Below, piece by piece: positions 9,462 through 10,224 of a DNA stretch of 10,224 nucleotides. This DNA is from Thermodesulfobacteriota bacterium. GTDB taxonomy: Bacteria; DASVDK01. Both the position numbers and the translations under genes were made by a program. The stretch covers positions 1 through 10,224 of the forward strand of contig DASVDK010000382.1 of the NCBI GenBank assembly GCA_036381125.1. The letters are read 5' to 3'. Numbering within the stretch: the first letter of the stretch is position 1; every line of letters starts with the position of its first letter. The notes beneath the pieces are model-generated. The model saw nothing but the letters and a program-made list of their open reading frames with translations. It did no database searches and was not told the DNA's origin.

Positions 9462-10224
9462 GCGGGTGCTGATCGTGGCGGGCGAGGCGTCGGGCGACGA
9501 CCTCGGCGCCGGACTGGTCCGCGCCTACCGCGAGGCGGGGGGCACCGCAACGTTCGTCGGCATGGGGGGCGCGGGGATGCGCACCGCCGGCGTCGACGTG
9601 CGAGTCGACGCCGCGGGCCTGGCCGTGATGGGGCTGGTCGAGGTGCTCCGCCACCTGCCCGCGATCGGGCGGGCCTACCGCGCCATGAAGGCCCTCCTCG
9701 GCGAGGCCGACGCCGTCGTGCTGATCGACTATCAGGACTTCAACGCGCTCCTCGCCCGGGCGGCCCGACGGCGCGGCCTGCGGGTGCTCCGGTACGTGAG
9801 CCCCACCGTCTGGGCCTGGCGTCGCGGTCGCATCCGGAGCATCCGGCGCGACACCGATCACATGGCGGTGGTCCTCCCGTTCGAGGCGCCGTTCTACGAG
9901 GCGCACGGCGTGCCGGTCACCTACGTCGGGCACCCGCTGCTCGACGCGCCGCGCCCCGCCGGCGGGCGGCGCGAGGGGCGCGCCGCGCTCGGCCTCGACC
10001 CGGACCGGACCACGGTGGCCCTCCTGCCGGGGAGCCGCCGCTTCGAGGTGACCACGCTCCTGCCGGTCATGCTCGAGGCGGCCGCCAGGCTCGGGGCGAG
10101 CCGGGCGCGCGAGGGACGCCCGCCGCTCCACTTCGTCCTGCCGCTGGCCTCCACCGTGCCGCGCGCGCTCGTCGAGCCGCTCGTCGTGCGGTCGGGGGTG
10201 CCGGTGACGCTCGTCGAGGGCCGG
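9454..10224 (+). CDS. lpxB: Lipid-A-disaccharide synthase (3'-truncated by the window end; absent from the ORF track)
   Basis: Manual translation from the ATG at 9454 (8-bp overlap ATGCCTAG) gives MPRRVLIVAGEASGDDLGA...GMGG...LAVMGLVEVLRHL...IDYQDFN...YVSPTVWAWRRGR...LPFEAPFY...YVGHPL...ALLPGSRRFEV. These are characteristic LpxB motifs, and there is no stop before the window end. Confidence 0.97.
   Translation, partial: MPRRVLIVAGEASGDDLGAGLVRAYREAGGTATFVGMGGAGMRTAGVDVRVDAAGLAVMGLVEVLRHLPAIGRAYRAMKALLGEADAVVLIDYQDFNALLARAARRRGLRVLRYVSPTVWAWRRGRIRSIRRDTDHMAVVLPFEAPFYEAHGVPVTYVGHPLLDAPRPAGGRREGRAALGLDPDRTTVALLPGSRRFEVTTLLPVMLEAAARLGASRAREGRPPLHFVLPLASTVPRALVEPLVVRSGVPVTLVEGR

Noticed and set aside
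9406..10154. Minus-strand ORFs 9406-10131 and 9921-10154
   Set aside because: They are shadows of lpxB, which is clear on the + strand but was omitted from the track because it has no stop in the window.

Overview
A very GC-rich (roughly 70% or more by eye), densely coding window. It holds one + strand cell-envelope superoperon from a diderm bacterium: lysS (5'-truncated) - single lolC/E permease - lolD - bamA - skp/ompH - lpxD - fabZ - lpxA - Gfo/Idh/MocA oxidoreductase (probable gnnA) - lpxB (3'-truncated and missing from the supplied ORF track). From memory, this gene order resembles that of deltaproteobacteria-like lineages (Desulfobacterota/Myxococcota and relatives); the taxonomic placement is inference. 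I see no mobile elements, CRISPR arrays, RNA genes or clearly novel system. This is core housekeeping DNA. The points most worth a second look are: (1) a GnnA-like dehydrogenase between lpxA and lpxB with no GnnB aminotransferase partner and no lpxH/I/G, which suggests diaminoglucose-type lipid A made by a split pathway; (2) the only two long spacers (bamA-skp, 115 bp; fabZ-lpxA, 113 bp), both strongly structured and both beginning CTAGCCGTG; (3) a single-permease (LolF-type) Lol transporter; (4) active-site and acyl-ruler substitutions in LpxD, LpxA and LpxB. I corrected several ORF-track starts: skp 5536, lpxA 7720, gnnA 8493.
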